Source: Paracoccaceae bacterium
GTDB taxonomy: Bacteria; Pseudomonadota; Alphaproteobacteria; Rhodobacterales; Rhodobacteraceae
Length of the DNA stretch: 64,000 nucleotides
Assembly: GCA_011389955.1 (NCBI GenBank)
Contig: JAABTI010000001.1
Coordinates: 17,589-81,588, forward strand
Direction: 5' to 3'
Position 1 is the first letter of the stretch. Each line of letters begins with the position of its first letter. The position numbers and the translations under genes were made by a program. Of this stretch, positions 10,048-20,359 are shown in pieces. The notes beneath the pieces are model-generated. The model did not search any database and had not been told where the DNA came from. It saw nothing but the letters and a program-made list of their open reading frames with translations.

Positions 10048-11007
10048 TTACATGGTGATGACCACCTTGCCCGTGGCGCGCCGTTCGCGCAGCAGGGCGA
10101 GTCCCTCTTCGGTGCGATCCAGCGGCAGGATATGGCTGACATGGGGTTTGATGCGGCTCTGCTCATACCAGTCGAGAAGGGTTCGCAGGCTATCGGTCAG
10201 AACTTCGGGCCGGAATTTCAGGTATCCGCCCCAGTAAAGGCCCAGAACGCTGAGATTCTTGACCAGGAGGTGATTGGCAGGGATTTGCGGCACCTCGCCG
10301 CTGGCGAAGCCGATCGGCAGCAGGCGCGCCTCGGGGTTGCAGGCGCGAAAGGCGGCTTGCCACTGCGCGCCGCCAACGGGATCATAGACCACGTCGGCGC
10401 CGCCAAGCGCCTTGACCTCGGTGCGGATATCCTGCGTGGCGGCGTCGACAAGGTGGTCGGCACCGGCATCGGCCGCCACGGCGAGCTTGTCCGCTCCGCG
10501 CGCACAAGCGATCACGGTGGCGCCCATAAGCTTGCCGATCTCGACGGCGGTCAGCCCCACGCCGCCGGCGGCGCCCAGCACGAGCAGGGTTTCGCCCGGC
10601 TGCATCCGCGCGCGATGATCCAGCGCGACATGGCTGGTGCCATAGGCAATCTGGAACGCGGCGGCGTCGGTGACTGACATGCAATCGGGCAGGGGCACCG
10701 CGCGGGCGGCGTCGAAACACCCCCATTCGGCCAGTCCCCCGTGGCCGCCGAACACCGCGACACGGGTGCCGGGTGCGGGGGATTCGACACCGGGGCCGAG
10801 GGCATCGACCGTGCCGGCGACCTCCATCCCGAGGGTGAATGGCGGTTCGGGGGTGTCCTGATACTGGCGTTCGAGCATCAGCAGGTCGGCAAAGTTCAGG
10901 CCGCATGCCTCTATCCGCAGGCGCACCTGGCCGGGGCCGGGAGTCGGACGGTCGATTTCGAGCAGTGCACCGGGCGAATCACTATCGGGAATATGGAAGG
11001 CGCGCAT
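10048..11007 (-). CDS. NADPH:quinone oxidoreductase family (MDR)
   Basis: GLNFAD, PFTLGMEVAG and GAAGGVG motifs. Confidence 0.9.
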   Translation of the reverse strand: MRAFHIPDSDSPGALLEIDRPTPGPGQVRLRIEACGLNFADLLMLERQYQDTPEPPFTLGMEVAGTVDALGPGVESPAPGTRVAVFGGHGGLAEWGCFDAARAVPLPDCMSVTDAAAFQIAYGTSHVALDHRARMQPGETLLVLGAAGGVGLTAVEIGKLMGATVIACARGADKLAVAADAGADHLVDAATQDIRTEVKALGGADVVYDPVGGAQWQAAFRACNPEARLLPIGFASGEVPQIPANHLLVKNLSVLGLYWGGYLKFRPEVLTDSLRTLLDWYEQSRIKPHVSHILPLDRTEEGLALLRERRATGKVVITM

Positions 11008-11290
11008 GGATGCTCTTTCGGATTATTGGATCGCGGGTAGATAGGCGTAGCGGCGCGGACGTGTCAAATACTGCGTGAGAGCCTTGTGGCCAAGGCCGAT
11101 GGGCAGGGAAGCCTGTTCAAAAGTATAGGCTATCGCCCATACGATGGATTTTTCATCGTCGGCGGTTACAATCGGCAGCCTTGAAAACACGAGCTTTCGA
11201 GGCAGCACTTATTGCGGCGGGAACCTGCCCGGGCAGCAATTGATCGCACGGGCAGCGGTGCTGTTGGAGTTTTTTACAAGGAGATTTCAT

Positions 11291-11671
11291 ATGCCACATC
11301 CGGTGGATCGTCACGTTGGACAGAGAATTCGGCTAAGGCGCCGGCAGATTGATGTGACCCAGGGCCAGTTGGCCGAGAACGTCGGGATCAAGTTTCAGCA
11401 GATCCAGAAATACGAAACGGGCGTGAACCGTGTCAGCGCCTCGCGCCTGTGGAAAATCGCCGGGGTGCTGGATGTGACGGTGAGCTGGTTCTTCGACGAA
11501 ATGGACGGCTCGGTCGTGTCCGAGGACAAGATCCGGCTTGCGTCCGAGCCGCGTCGCGCGGCGGTGCACGACAAGGAGGCGCTGGACCTGGTGCGATCCT
11601 ATTACGCGATACCGGCCAGTCAGCGGCGGCGCTTGTTCGACCTGGCGCAGGTATTGTCCAGCGCCGCTTGA
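11291..11671 (+). CDS. XRE family HTH transcriptional regulator
   Basis: MPHPVDRHVGQRIR...FQQIQKYETGVNRVSASRL, a conserved alphaproteobacterial XRE; AGGAG SD. Confidence 0.9.
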   Translation: MPHPVDRHVGQRIRLRRRQIDVTQGQLAENVGIKFQQIQKYETGVNRVSASRLWKIAGVLDVTVSWFFDEMDGSVVSEDKIRLASEPRRAAVHDKEALDLVRSYYAIPASQRRRLFDLAQVLSSAA

Positions 11672-11722
11672 GCGTTTGGTCCGCGCGCGGTAGTCAGGCC
11701 CGGTAGCTACAGGGGGCGGGCC

Positions 11723-12523
11723 ATGACAACAGCGGACGCAACGGAACTCACTGAAGTGGCAGACCAGGTGGCCGATGCCGCGCGGGCGGCAATATTGCCG
11801 TGGTTCCGCGCCCATGGGTTATGTGCCGACAACAAGCTGGCGGCCGGGTTTGACCCGGTGACGGAGGCCGACCGCGCCGCCGAGCGCGCCATGCGCGACG
11901 TGCTGGCGCGCCTGCGCCCCGAGGACGCGGTGATCGGCGAGGAATATGGCGCCACCGCGGGTCAAAGCGGCCTGACCTGGGTGCTGGACCCGATCGACGG
12001 TACGCGCGGCTTCTTGTCGGGCACGCCGACATGGGGCGTGCTGATCGCCGTGGGAGATGCGGGCGGCCCGGTTTATGGTGTGATCGACCAGCCATATATC
12101 GGTGAGCGGTTTCGCGGCGGTCTGGGCGTCGCGGCGATGGACGGGCCGCAGGGCGCGCGGGCCTTGTCGGTGCGTGGGGACAGGGCACTGGGTGAGGCCA
12201 TCCTGTTCACCACCTTTCCCGAACTGGGCACCGGGGCCGAAGGCGCGGCCTTTGCCGAGGTGGCGGCGCGGGCGCGGCTGACGCGCTATGGCATGGATTG
12301 CTACGCCTACGCGCTGCTGGCGGCGGGACAGATCGACCTGGTGATCGAAGCGGGCTTGTCGGATTACGACATCCAGGCGCCGATGGCGGTGATCGAGGCG
12401 GCAGGTGGCATCGTGACCGATTGGCAGGGCGGCCCGGCGCAGCACGGGGGGCGGGTGATCGCAGCGGCGGGGCGCATGCAGCATGATGCGGCGCTGGAGG
12501 TGCTGGCGAAGGTTCCCGCCTGA
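11723..12523 (+). CDS. hisN: Histidinol-phosphatase, inositol monophosphatase family
   Basis: FDPVTEADRAAE, WVLDPIDGTRGF and DCYAYALLAAG motifs. Confidence 0.8.
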   Translation: MTTADATELTEVADQVADAARAAILPWFRAHGLCADNKLAAGFDPVTEADRAAERAMRDVLARLRPEDAVIGEEYGATAGQSGLTWVLDPIDGTRGFLSGTPTWGVLIAVGDAGGPVYGVIDQPYIGERFRGGLGVAAMDGPQGARALSVRGDRALGEAILFTTFPELGTGAEGAAFAEVAARARLTRYGMDCYAYALLAAGQIDLVIEAGLSDYDIQAPMAVIEAAGGIVTDWQGGPAQHGGRVIAAAGRMQHDAALEVLAKVPA

Positions 12524-12662
12524 GCGTGCGCCGTGATGCGTCTTGATCGCGGGGCGCTGCACAGGGCATGATGAACGCATCCCGCGCGGTTCCTGGCCCC
12601 TTTCCGCCGCGCCTGCGGGCCGAAACCGGATGAGGGGGCGTTGGCCGCCGCAGGAGGGTGCG

Positions 12663-14006
12663 ATGCCCGAAACACTGATCCGCAACGCCGACCTGGTCGT
12701 TACCATGGATGACGCCCGACGCGAGTTGACCGGCGCGGATATCGTGATCCGGGACGGGATCATCGTGGAGCTCGGCGCGGGCCTGACCGCCGAGGCGCGC
12801 GCGGTGATCGATGCGGGGGGCTGCGTGGTGACACCGGGATTGGTGAACACGCATCACCATCTTTTCCAGACTCTGACGCGGGCGGTGCCGGGGGCCCAGG
12901 ACGCGCTCTTGTTCGGATGGCTGAAGACCCTTTACCCGATCTGGGCGCGGTTCGGCCCTGAGGAAATGCGCGTGTCGGCCCTGGTGGGGCTGGCCGAACT
13001 GGCGCTGTCGGGTTGCAGCCTGAGTTCCGATCATCTGTATCTGTTTCCCAACGGTGCGCGCCTGGACGACACGATCGAGGCCGCGGGCGAGATCGGAATG
13101 CGGTTCCATCCCACGCGCGGCGCAATGAGCATCGGGCAAAGCGCGGGCGGGCTGCCGCCCGACGCGCTGCTCGAGGACGAGGCGGCGATCCTGGACGACT
13201 GCATCCGAGTGATCGATCGTTATCACGATGCGGGTGAGGGGGCGATGTGCCGGGTAGGCGTGGCGCCCTGTTCGCCCTTTTCGGTCAGTCGCGAACTGAT
13301 GCGCGATGCGGCCGTTCTGGCGCGGGACAAGGGGGTGATGATGCACACACATCTGGCGGAGAACGACGAGGACGTGGCCTATTCCCTGGCCACGTTCGGC
13401 TGCCGGCCGGGCCAGTACGCGCAAGACCTGGGTTGTACCGGAACGGATGTGTGGCATGCCCATTGCGTGAAACTGGACGCACCCGAGATCGCGCTGTTCG
13501 CCAGGACGGGCACGGGCGTGGCGCATTGCCCCTGTTCCAACTGTCGCCTTGGCAGCGGTATCGCGCCGGTGCACGCGATGCGGCAAGCAGGCGTGCGGGT
13601 GGGGTTGGGCGTGGACGGATCGGCCTGCAACGACAGCGGCAACATCGCGGCCGAGGCGCGGCAGGCAATGCTGTTGCAGCGGGTGGCGCAGGGCGCCGGC
13701 GCGATGAGTGCGCGTGCGGCGCTGGAGATCGCAACGCGCGGCGGCGCCGATGTTCTGGGCCGGCCCGATTGCGGGCGGATCGCGCCGGGCAAGCGCGCCG
13801 ATATCGCCATATGGGACATGCGCGGCATCGAAAGTGCCGGCAGCTGGGACGCCGGTGCGCTGCTGTTGGCGGGTCCGACGCGGGTGCGCGATTTGCTGGT
13901 AGAGGGGCGGCAGGTGGTGCGCGATGGCCAATTGGCGACGCTCAGCCTGGGCGAGGTGCTGGGGCGTCAGCGCATAATGGCGGCGGCGCTGGCCGACGCG
14001 GACTGA
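12663..14006 (+). CDS. 8-oxoguanine deaminase-like amidohydrolase
   Basis: PGLVNTHHHLFQTLTRA, APCSPFSV, HTHLAE, HCPCSN and GVDGSA motifs; start re-set after GGAGG. Confidence 0.85.
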   Translation: MPETLIRNADLVVTMDDARRELTGADIVIRDGIIVELGAGLTAEARAVIDAGGCVVTPGLVNTHHHLFQTLTRAVPGAQDALLFGWLKTLYPIWARFGPEEMRVSALVGLAELALSGCSLSSDHLYLFPNGARLDDTIEAAGEIGMRFHPTRGAMSIGQSAGGLPPDALLEDEAAILDDCIRVIDRYHDAGEGAMCRVGVAPCSPFSVSRELMRDAAVLARDKGVMMHTHLAENDEDVAYSLATFGCRPGQYAQDLGCTGTDVWHAHCVKLDAPEIALFARTGTGVAHCPCSNCRLGSGIAPVHAMRQAGVRVGLGVDGSACNDSGNIAAEARQAMLLQRVAQGAGAMSARAALEIATRGGADVLGRPDCGRIAPGKRADIAIWDMRGIESAGSWDAGALLLAGPTRVRDLLVEGRQVVRDGQLATLSLGEVLGRQRIMAAALADAD

Positions 14007-14013
14007 ACGGACG

Positions 14014-16257
14014 TCACATTTCGCGGCGCAGCCATTCCATCACCGCGGGGCGCACGGACTGCTCGCCGCTATGCATCGCGGTTTCAATCACCTCGTACAA
14101 TGCGCCCAGATCGACGCGGCGCAGCATGTGCTTGACCGGCCCGATCGAGGCAGGGCGCATGGACAGAGTGCGCATGCCGATCGCGGCAAGGCAGACCGCC
14201 TCGACGGGGCGGCCGGCATCCTCGCCGCAAAAGGATAGGCTGGTGCCGGTGTCGGTGCAGCGCTGCACGATATCTTTCAAGAAGGTCAGGAAGCTTACGT
14301 TCAGGGTATCGTAGCGTTTGCGCACGCGCTCATTCTCGCGGTCGGCGGCGAAGAAGAACTGCTTGAGGTCATTGCCGCCGATCGACAGGAAATCGACCTC
14401 GCGGAAGAACTTGTCCGGGGCGAAGGCCAGCGATGGCGTTTCCAGCATCGCGCCGATTTCCAGGCTTCGGGGCAGGGTGTGGCCCAGGATGCGTTCGCGG
14501 GCGATGGCCTTGTCCATCTCGGCCTTGGCGGCCTTGTATTCCTCGTATTGCGCGACGAATGGGAACATGATGGTCAGCGGCCGGCCATTGGCGGCGCGCA
14601 GAAGCGCCTGCAACTGCATCCGCATCACGCCGGGCTTGTCCAGGCCGACGCGGATCGCGCGCCAGCCAAGCGCGGGGTTGGGTTCGTCATGCGGCTTCAT
14701 GTAGGGCAGAACCTTGTCCGAGCCGATATCCAGCGTGCGGAACACCACCCTTTTGCCATGCGCGGCGTCCAGGACGCGGGCATAAAGCGCGCTCAGCTCG
14801 GAGCGCTTGGGCATCTGGTTGCGCACCAGGAATTGCAACTCGGTGCGGAACAGGCCGACGCCCTCGGCTCCGGAACTGTCGAGGCTGGGCAGGTCCGCCA
14901 TCAGGCCGGCATTCATGTGCAGCCCGATACGGGTGCCGCACAGCGACTCGGCCGGTTTGTCGCGAATCGAGGCGTAGCGCTCTTGCGCCTTGGCCTGCAT
15001 GGCAATCTTGTCGCGGAAGGCGGTAGCGACGGTTTCGTCGGGACGCAGGTGAACGATGCCCTGATCGCCATCGACCATGATGTGATCGCCGTTCAGTGCC
15101 TCGGTGGTGATGTGGTTGGCGTGGATCACCAGCGGAATGGCCAACGCTCGCGCGACGATCGCGGCGTGGCTGCCGACGGAGCCTTCCTCGAGCACGATAC
15201 CCTTGAGCAACCGACCGTAATCGAGCAGTTCGCCCGGCCCGATATTGCGCGCGATCAGGATCGGGTCGGGGGGCATTTCGGCGCCGGTGTGATTGCCCTG
15301 ACCGGTGAGAATGCGCAGCAGCCGGTTGGAAAGGTCGTCGAGGTCGTGCAGGCGGTCGCGCAGGTAGGGGTCCGAGACCTGCGTCATGCGCGCGCGGGCG
15401 GTGGATTGTTCCTTTTCGGCGGCCGCCTCGGCGGACAGGCCGCGACCGATATCCTCTTCCATGCGGCGCAGCCAGCCTTTGGAATTGGCGAACATGCGGT
15501 AGGCCTCGAGAACCTGCAATTGCTCCTTGTCGCCGGTTTGCGCGCCTTCCAGCATCTGATCGACGCTGACGCGCAGGGCATTGACCGCCTCGGTCAGGCG
15601 TTCGAGTTCCTTTTCCGGATCCTCGCCGATGGGGTTGGTGACCACAACGCGCGGCTCGTGCAGCCACACGTGGCCCTGCGCCGCGCCTTCCTGAGCGGTG
15701 CTGCCACGCACCAGCACCGCCTGCTGATGGCGCGCCGACAGCGCCGCGCCTTCGCCTACGAAAGCGCCCAGTTCGGTCATCTCGGCCAGCACCATCGCGA
15801 CGACTTCGAGCGCGTATAACTCGTCCGAGGAGAACTCGCGCGCCTCCTTGGATTGTACCACCAGCACGCCCAGCTTTTCGCCCAGTCTCTGGATCGGCAC
15901 ACCGAGGAAGGACGAATACCGTTCCTCGCCGGTTTCGGGCATGTAGCGAAACCCGGGGGCCGAGGGCGCATTGGCGGTATTTATCGGCTGGCCGGTGCGG
16001 GCAACACGGCCGACCAGACCCTCACCCAGGCGCATGCGGGTTTCGTGCACGGCTTCAGGCTGCAGGCCTTCGGTGGCGCATAGCTCCAGCGTTTCCTCGT
16101 CGCGGAACAGGTAGATCGAGCAGACCTCGGTTCCCATGGAATCCGCAGTGATGCTGGTGATGTCGTCCAGTCGTGTCTGGCCGGCGTTGTCTTCGGCCAT
16201 GGCGGCACGCAGGCGGCGCAGCAGCTTTCGACTTTCCGATTCCGATTGTTCGGGCAT
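14014..16257 (-). CDS. ptsP: Phosphoenolpyruvate-protein phosphotransferase EI-Ntr (GAF + EI)
   Basis: N-terminal GAF domain, SHAAIVAR phospho-His, GLFRTE and EPNPALGWRA motifs. Confidence 0.95.
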   Translation of the reverse strand: MPEQSESESRKLLRRLRAAMAEDNAGQTRLDDITSITADSMGTEVCSIYLFRDEETLELCATEGLQPEAVHETRMRLGEGLVGRVARTGQPINTANAPSAPGFRYMPETGEERYSSFLGVPIQRLGEKLGVLVVQSKEAREFSSDELYALEVVAMVLAEMTELGAFVGEGAALSARHQQAVLVRGSTAQEGAAQGHVWLHEPRVVVTNPIGEDPEKELERLTEAVNALRVSVDQMLEGAQTGDKEQLQVLEAYRMFANSKGWLRRMEEDIGRGLSAEAAAEKEQSTARARMTQVSDPYLRDRLHDLDDLSNRLLRILTGQGNHTGAEMPPDPILIARNIGPGELLDYGRLLKGIVLEEGSVGSHAAIVARALAIPLVIHANHITTEALNGDHIMVDGDQGIVHLRPDETVATAFRDKIAMQAKAQERYASIRDKPAESLCGTRIGLHMNAGLMADLPSLDSSGAEGVGLFRTELQFLVRNQMPKRSELSALYARVLDAAHGKRVVFRTLDIGSDKVLPYMKPHDEPNPALGWRAIRVGLDKPGVMRMQLQALLRAANGRPLTIMFPFVAQYEEYKAAKAEMDKAIARERILGHTLPRSLEIGAMLETPSLAFAPDKFFREVDFLSIGGNDLKQFFFAADRENERVRKRYDTLNVSFLTFLKDIVQRCTDTGTSLSFCGEDAGRPVEAVCLAAIGMRTLSMRPASIGPVKHMLRRVDLGALYEVIETAMHSGEQSVRPAVMEWLRREM

Positions 16258-16323
16258 TGGTCTGCCTTCATTCCCGCGCCCGACCGACCGCCGGGCGCAC
16301 CTTGGGACAGGGAGTTTCCGGGA

Positions 16324-17562
16324 TCAGGCCAGTTTTTCCAGTTCAAACGCATCATGCAGCGCCTGAACCGCAAGTTCCATGTATTTCCGGTCGATCAGGA
16401 CGGAAATCTTTATCTCGGAGGTTGCAATGACCTTGATGTTTATTCCTTCATCGGAGAGCGTCTTGAACATCTTGGCGGCCACGCCCGATTGTGACCGCAT
16501 TCCGATTCCCACCGCGGAAACCTTGGCCACATCGCTATCGGCGATCAGGTCGTGATAGTTGATTGCACCGCTTTGCTTGGCGCCGGACAGGGCCTTTTCG
16601 GCGCGCTTCACCTGATCGGTGGGGCACGAAAAGGTCATGTCGGTGCGCCCCTCTTCCGAGATGTTCTGGATGATCATGTCCACGTTGACGCCCGCTTCGG
16701 ACAGGGGCCCGAAAATGGCGGCGGCAATGCCGGGGCGGTCTGCCACCGACACAAGGGTCATTTTCGATTCCTCGCGGCTGTAGGCGATCCCAGAGACGAC
16801 ACGCGATTCCATGATTTCCTCCTCGTCGCAGACCAGCGTTCCCGCGCTGTCGGACTGTTCGTTGAGACTGCTGAGCACGCGCAGCTTTACGTTGTAGCGC
16901 ATGGCCAGCTCGACCGATCGGGTTTGCAGTACCTTGGCGCCGAGCGAGGCCAGCTCGAGCATCTCCTCGAACGCGATGCGGTCAAGCTTGCGCGCCTTGG
17001 CGCTGATCCGCGGATCGGTGGTATAGACGCCGTCCACGTCGGTGTAGATGTCGCAGCGTTCGGCCCCGAACGCGGCGGCGAAGGCCACGGCGGTGGTGTC
17101 CGATCCGCCCCGGCCCAGGGTGGTGATACGGCCCTCGGGGCTGATGCCCTGGAACCCGGCGACGACGGCGACGCGCATGCCTTCGTCAAACTTGGCGCGG
17201 ATGTTGTCGGGGGGGATGTCTTCGATCCGGGCGGAGGAATGGGCACTGTTGGTTTTCAACGGCACCTGCCAACCCTGCCAGCTACGCGCGGGGACGTCCA
17301 TTTCCTGTAGCGTCAGCGCCATCAACCCGGCGGTGACGTTTTCGCCCGACGACACCACGGCATCATATTCGCGCGCGTCGTATAGCGGCGATATCTCGTC
17401 CACCCAACCGACCAGTTCATTGGTCTTGCCCGACATGGCCGATACGATGACGATCACGTCGTAGCCCTTGGCGACCTCTACGCCGATGCGTTTGGCGGCG
17501 CGCTTGATCCGGTCAAGGTTGGCGACCGAAGTGCCGCCGAATTTCATCACGAGAACGGGCAT
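16324..17562 (-). CDS. lysC: Aspartate kinase
   Basis: MKFGGTSV, TLGRGGSDTTA and DVDGVYTTDPR motifs plus ACT domains. Confidence 0.95.
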   Translation of the reverse strand: MPVLVMKFGGTSVANLDRIKRAAKRIGVEVAKGYDVIVIVSAMSGKTNELVGWVDEISPLYDAREYDAVVSSGENVTAGLMALTLQEMDVPARSWQGWQVPLKTNSAHSSARIEDIPPDNIRAKFDEGMRVAVVAGFQGISPEGRITTLGRGGSDTTAVAFAAAFGAERCDIYTDVDGVYTTDPRISAKARKLDRIAFEEMLELASLGAKVLQTRSVELAMRYNVKLRVLSSLNEQSDSAGTLVCDEEEIMESRVVSGIAYSREESKMTLVSVADRPGIAAAIFGPLSEAGVNVDMIIQNISEEGRTDMTFSCPTDQVKRAEKALSGAKQSGAINYHDLIADSDVAKVSAVGIGMRSQSGVAAKMFKTLSDEGINIKVIATSEIKISVLIDRKYMELAVQALHDAFELEKLA

Positions 17563-17669
17563 GAATCCCCCATTGTCAGGTTGCGCGGGTTTAGGCCCTG
17601 CCGGGGCAAAGGGCAAGGCTGTTTGCGACGCGTCCGTGTTGCATGGAGGGCCGTAAAGGCACGGATCGG

Positions 17670-18314
17670 TCAGAAGGGGTGGTCGTGCCCATCCCAGGTC
17701 AGGAACCGGCCGGTGGTGTCCATCGACAGCGCGTCAATGCGCGCAACAAGTCCGTCTGCCGACTGATCCGTGCTGATTGCGGCGGCGTCGCCGCCCATGT
17801 CGGTGCGCACCCAGCCGGGGTGATAGATGCCCACGGCGATGTCCAGTTGCGCCAGGTCGGTGGCCAGGTTCCGGCCGAGGTTTATTGCCGCGGCCTTGGA
17901 CGCGCGATAGACATAGCTGCCGCCGGGCGCGCGGGTGCTGCTGCCCATCTGCGAGGCGATGATCGCCAGCTTGGGCGTGTGCGACATTTGCAGGTTCGGC
18001 AGAAGGGCCTGGACGCTCATGAAAACGCCGGTGACGTTGGTCGCGAACGTATCCGCCCACATTTGCGCGGGGTAGCCATCGGCAAGGTTCTGGTGCTTGT
18101 CCGGATAGGTGCCGGCGTTGCAGATCAGTAGATCCACCGCCTTTCCGTCGAGCGCATGGGCCATCGCGCGCTGAGATTCCGGGTCGGTCACGTCGAGAGG
18201 CAGAAATTCCGCGCCTTGCCGGGCGGTCGCGGTGACCTGCCAGCCGGCGGCGCGGTAGCGCGAGTGAAGCGCGGCGCCGATGCCGCGGTTCGCGCCCGTG
18301 ATGACGACATGCAT
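17670..18314 (-). CDS. Short-chain dehydrogenase (CsgA-like SDR)
   Basis: ITGANRGIG, YRASKAA and HPGWVRTDMGG motifs. Confidence 0.88.
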   Translation of the reverse strand: MHVVITGANRGIGAALHSRYRAAGWQVTATARQGAEFLPLDVTDPESQRAMAHALDGKAVDLLICNAGTYPDKHQNLADGYPAQMWADTFATNVTGVFMSVQALLPNLQMSHTPKLAIIASQMGSSTRAPGGSYVYRASKAAAINLGRNLATDLAQLDIAVGIYHPGWVRTDMGGDAAAISTDQSADGLVARIDALSMDTTGRFLTWDGHDHPF

Positions 18315-18324
18315 CGGTGTCTCC

Positions 18325-18777
18325 TCAGTTGGATTTGTCGCGTGGACGGAACGGTAGCGGCAGAACAGGCACACCGTCTTCGAGCAGCTTGCGAGCCTCG
18401 TCCGGCTTTGCCTCGCCGTGAATGGGCCGGGCGGGGGCGGTGCCCTCGTGCATGGCGCGGGCCTGCTTGGTAAAGTCGCGTCCGACATAGCGCGAGTGCG
18501 CCTCTATCTTTTTGCGCAGGTCTGCCATGGCCTGTTCGGCGGGGGTGGCCGGGGCACTCAGCGCGCCGTGCCTTTGCGGGGCGTCCGCTGCCTGATCTTC
18601 GTCGGGCGCGCGCCCCGAGTGCAGGCGCGGAGCCATCAGCGCCTTGTCGACATTGGCCGATCCGCAAACCGCGCAGGTGACCATGCCAGAGGCCTTGAGC
18701 TTGTCGAAGGCACTGGTGGATTGGAACCAGCTATCGAAGCGGTGGTCGTTGTCGCATTGGAGGGAAAACTGGATCAT
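18325..18777 (-). CDS. DUF1178 family protein
   Basis: MIQFSLQCDNDHRFDSWF...CAVCGS...KALMAP...YVG..F...AR pattern. Confidence 0.88.
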   Translation of the reverse strand: MIQFSLQCDNDHRFDSWFQSTSAFDKLKASGMVTCAVCGSANVDKALMAPRLHSGRAPDEDQAADAPQRHGALSAPATPAEQAMADLRKKIEAHSRYVGRDFTKQARAMHEGTAPARPIHGEAKPDEARKLLEDGVPVLPLPFRPRDKSN

Positions 18778-18839
18778 GGCCCGATTTCTGATTGTGTCCG
18801 ATCAACCTATGTGTAGACGCGCAGCGGTCAAGGCCCGCG

Positions 18840-19313
18840 TCAACGCAGGCCGGAGGGATCGAAATTGCGGACGATGTGGGCCAGTTCGGGTTCAGCGATG
18901 CGGGCAGCGGCCTTTTTGCGGGTGAACCACTTGCGCCGCCGTTGATGGGATTCAGGGTAGTCATTTGCCAGCGATTTGACCTTCACGGGGTAAACCATCG
19001 CGATGCATGGCAGGGTTTCGTCCTCACCCACCACCTTGGGATAGGAGAACAGGCCAATACAGCGTTCGATCGGGCGCCCCTTGACGCCCGCCTCTTCCCA
19101 GGCTTCCTGCTGGGCGCCTTGTGCCGGGGTCATGTTCTCGATGGGCCAGCCCTTGGGAACGATCCAGCGGCGCGATCCGCGGCTGGTGATAAGCAGCACC
19201 TCTGGGCGACCGCGGTTCATGCGGTAACAAAGGGCGGCGAACTGCGTTCTGACATCGCTTTTGCGCGATGCGCGAAACTTCAGCGGCAGCTGATCCAGAC
19301 CCTGTAGCGTCAC
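18840..19313 (-). CDS. NUDIX hydrolase
   Basis: QFAALCYR, LLITSR, WIVPKGWP and EAWEEAGV Nudix box; GTG start at 19313 is uncertain. Confidence 0.85.
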   Translation of the reverse strand: MTLQGLDQLPLKFRASRKSDVRTQFAALCYRMNRGRPEVLLITSRGSRRWIVPKGWPIENMTPAQGAQQEAWEEAGVKGRPIERCIGLFSYPKVVGEDETLPCIAMVYPVKVKSLANDYPESHQRRRKWFTRKKAAARIAEPELAHIVRNFDPSGLR

Positions 19314-19669
19314 GCGATTTCCCCGTGTACATGGGCCCGCATGCGACGGGCCGTCCATAACCGCAGCGTATCCCACCGGCGCGGCCATATCCAGAGAAGC
19401 GATGTCACGGGGAGCGATTGAGCGCGGGAATCAGCGTGACCTGATGTGACACGATTAGCGGGAATGAGTCCTCAAACGGCAATCCATTATCTTGATAGGC
19501 TGTTTTCTTGTCTGAATCAGTGGATTTGGCGCTGTTATCCACAGCAGATCTGCCAGCCTGAACCGCATGGGCGCGCCAGCGGCGAAATTTCTGAGTTTTC
19601 ATCAGGAGTATGCCCGGTCATTTTGATCTGCTGCATTAACGTCCGGGCGCGACCGAGGCCGGCGTATAG

Positions 19670-20359
19670 TCAGCCCAGCGCGTAGCCCGCCCCGCGCACG
19701 GTGCGCAAGGGATCATCGCCGCCGTGACGCGTCAGCGCCTTGCGAAGCCGGCCGATATGGACGTCGACCGTGCGCGTGTCGACGTAGATGTCGCGCCCCC
19801 AAACCCGGTCGAGCAGTTGTTCACGGCTCCAGACGCGGCCGGGCTTTTCCATGAAGGTGGCCAGAAGGCGAAATTCGGTGGGGCCGAGCTTGAGCAATTC
19901 ACCGCCGCGATGGACCTTGTGCGCCTCGGCGTCGAGAATGATGTCGTCGTATTCCAGCGTTTCGCCCACGGTCGAGGGGCGTATCCGGCGCAGTTGCGTG
20001 CGCACGCGCGCCATCAATTCGACGACGGAGTAGGGCTTGATCACGTAGTCATCCGCGCCGGTTTCCAGGCCGCGCACGCGATCCACCTCTTCGGAGCGTG
20101 CCGAAAGCATGATGATCGGGATGCGGCGTGTTTCGGGGCGCATCTTGAGCCGGCGGCACACCTCGATCCCCGACACGCCAGGCAGCATCCAGTCGAGCAC
20201 GATGATGTCGGGAGCCTGTTCATCGACCAATAAAAGACCCTCGTCGCCGGTTTCGGCGCGCGAGACGGCGAAGCCCTCGGCCTCGAGGTTGTAGGCCAGA
20301 ACCTCCCGCTGGGCCGGTTCGTCTTCGATCACCAGGACGGTGGGCTGATCGGCGGACAT
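19670..20359 (-). CDS. phoB: Phosphate regulon response regulator
   Basis: REC domain (LDWMLPG) plus OmpR wHTH (RTVDVHIGRLRK, RTVRGAGY); follows phoU. Confidence 0.95.
   Translation of the reverse strand: MSADQPTVLVIEDEPAQREVLAYNLEAEGFAVSRAETGDEGLLLVDEQAPDIIVLDWMLPGVSGIEVCRRLKMRPETRRIPIIMLSARSEEVDRVRGLETGADDYVIKPYSVVELMARVRTQLRRIRPSTVGETLEYDDIILDAEAHKVHRGGELLKLGPTEFRLLATFMEKPGRVWSREQLLDRVWGRDIYVDTRTVDVHIGRLRKALTRHGGDDPLRTVRGAGYALG

Noticed and set aside
19500-19560. Replication origin
   Set aside because: Only one perfect DnaA box and no dnaA/parAB/hemE context.
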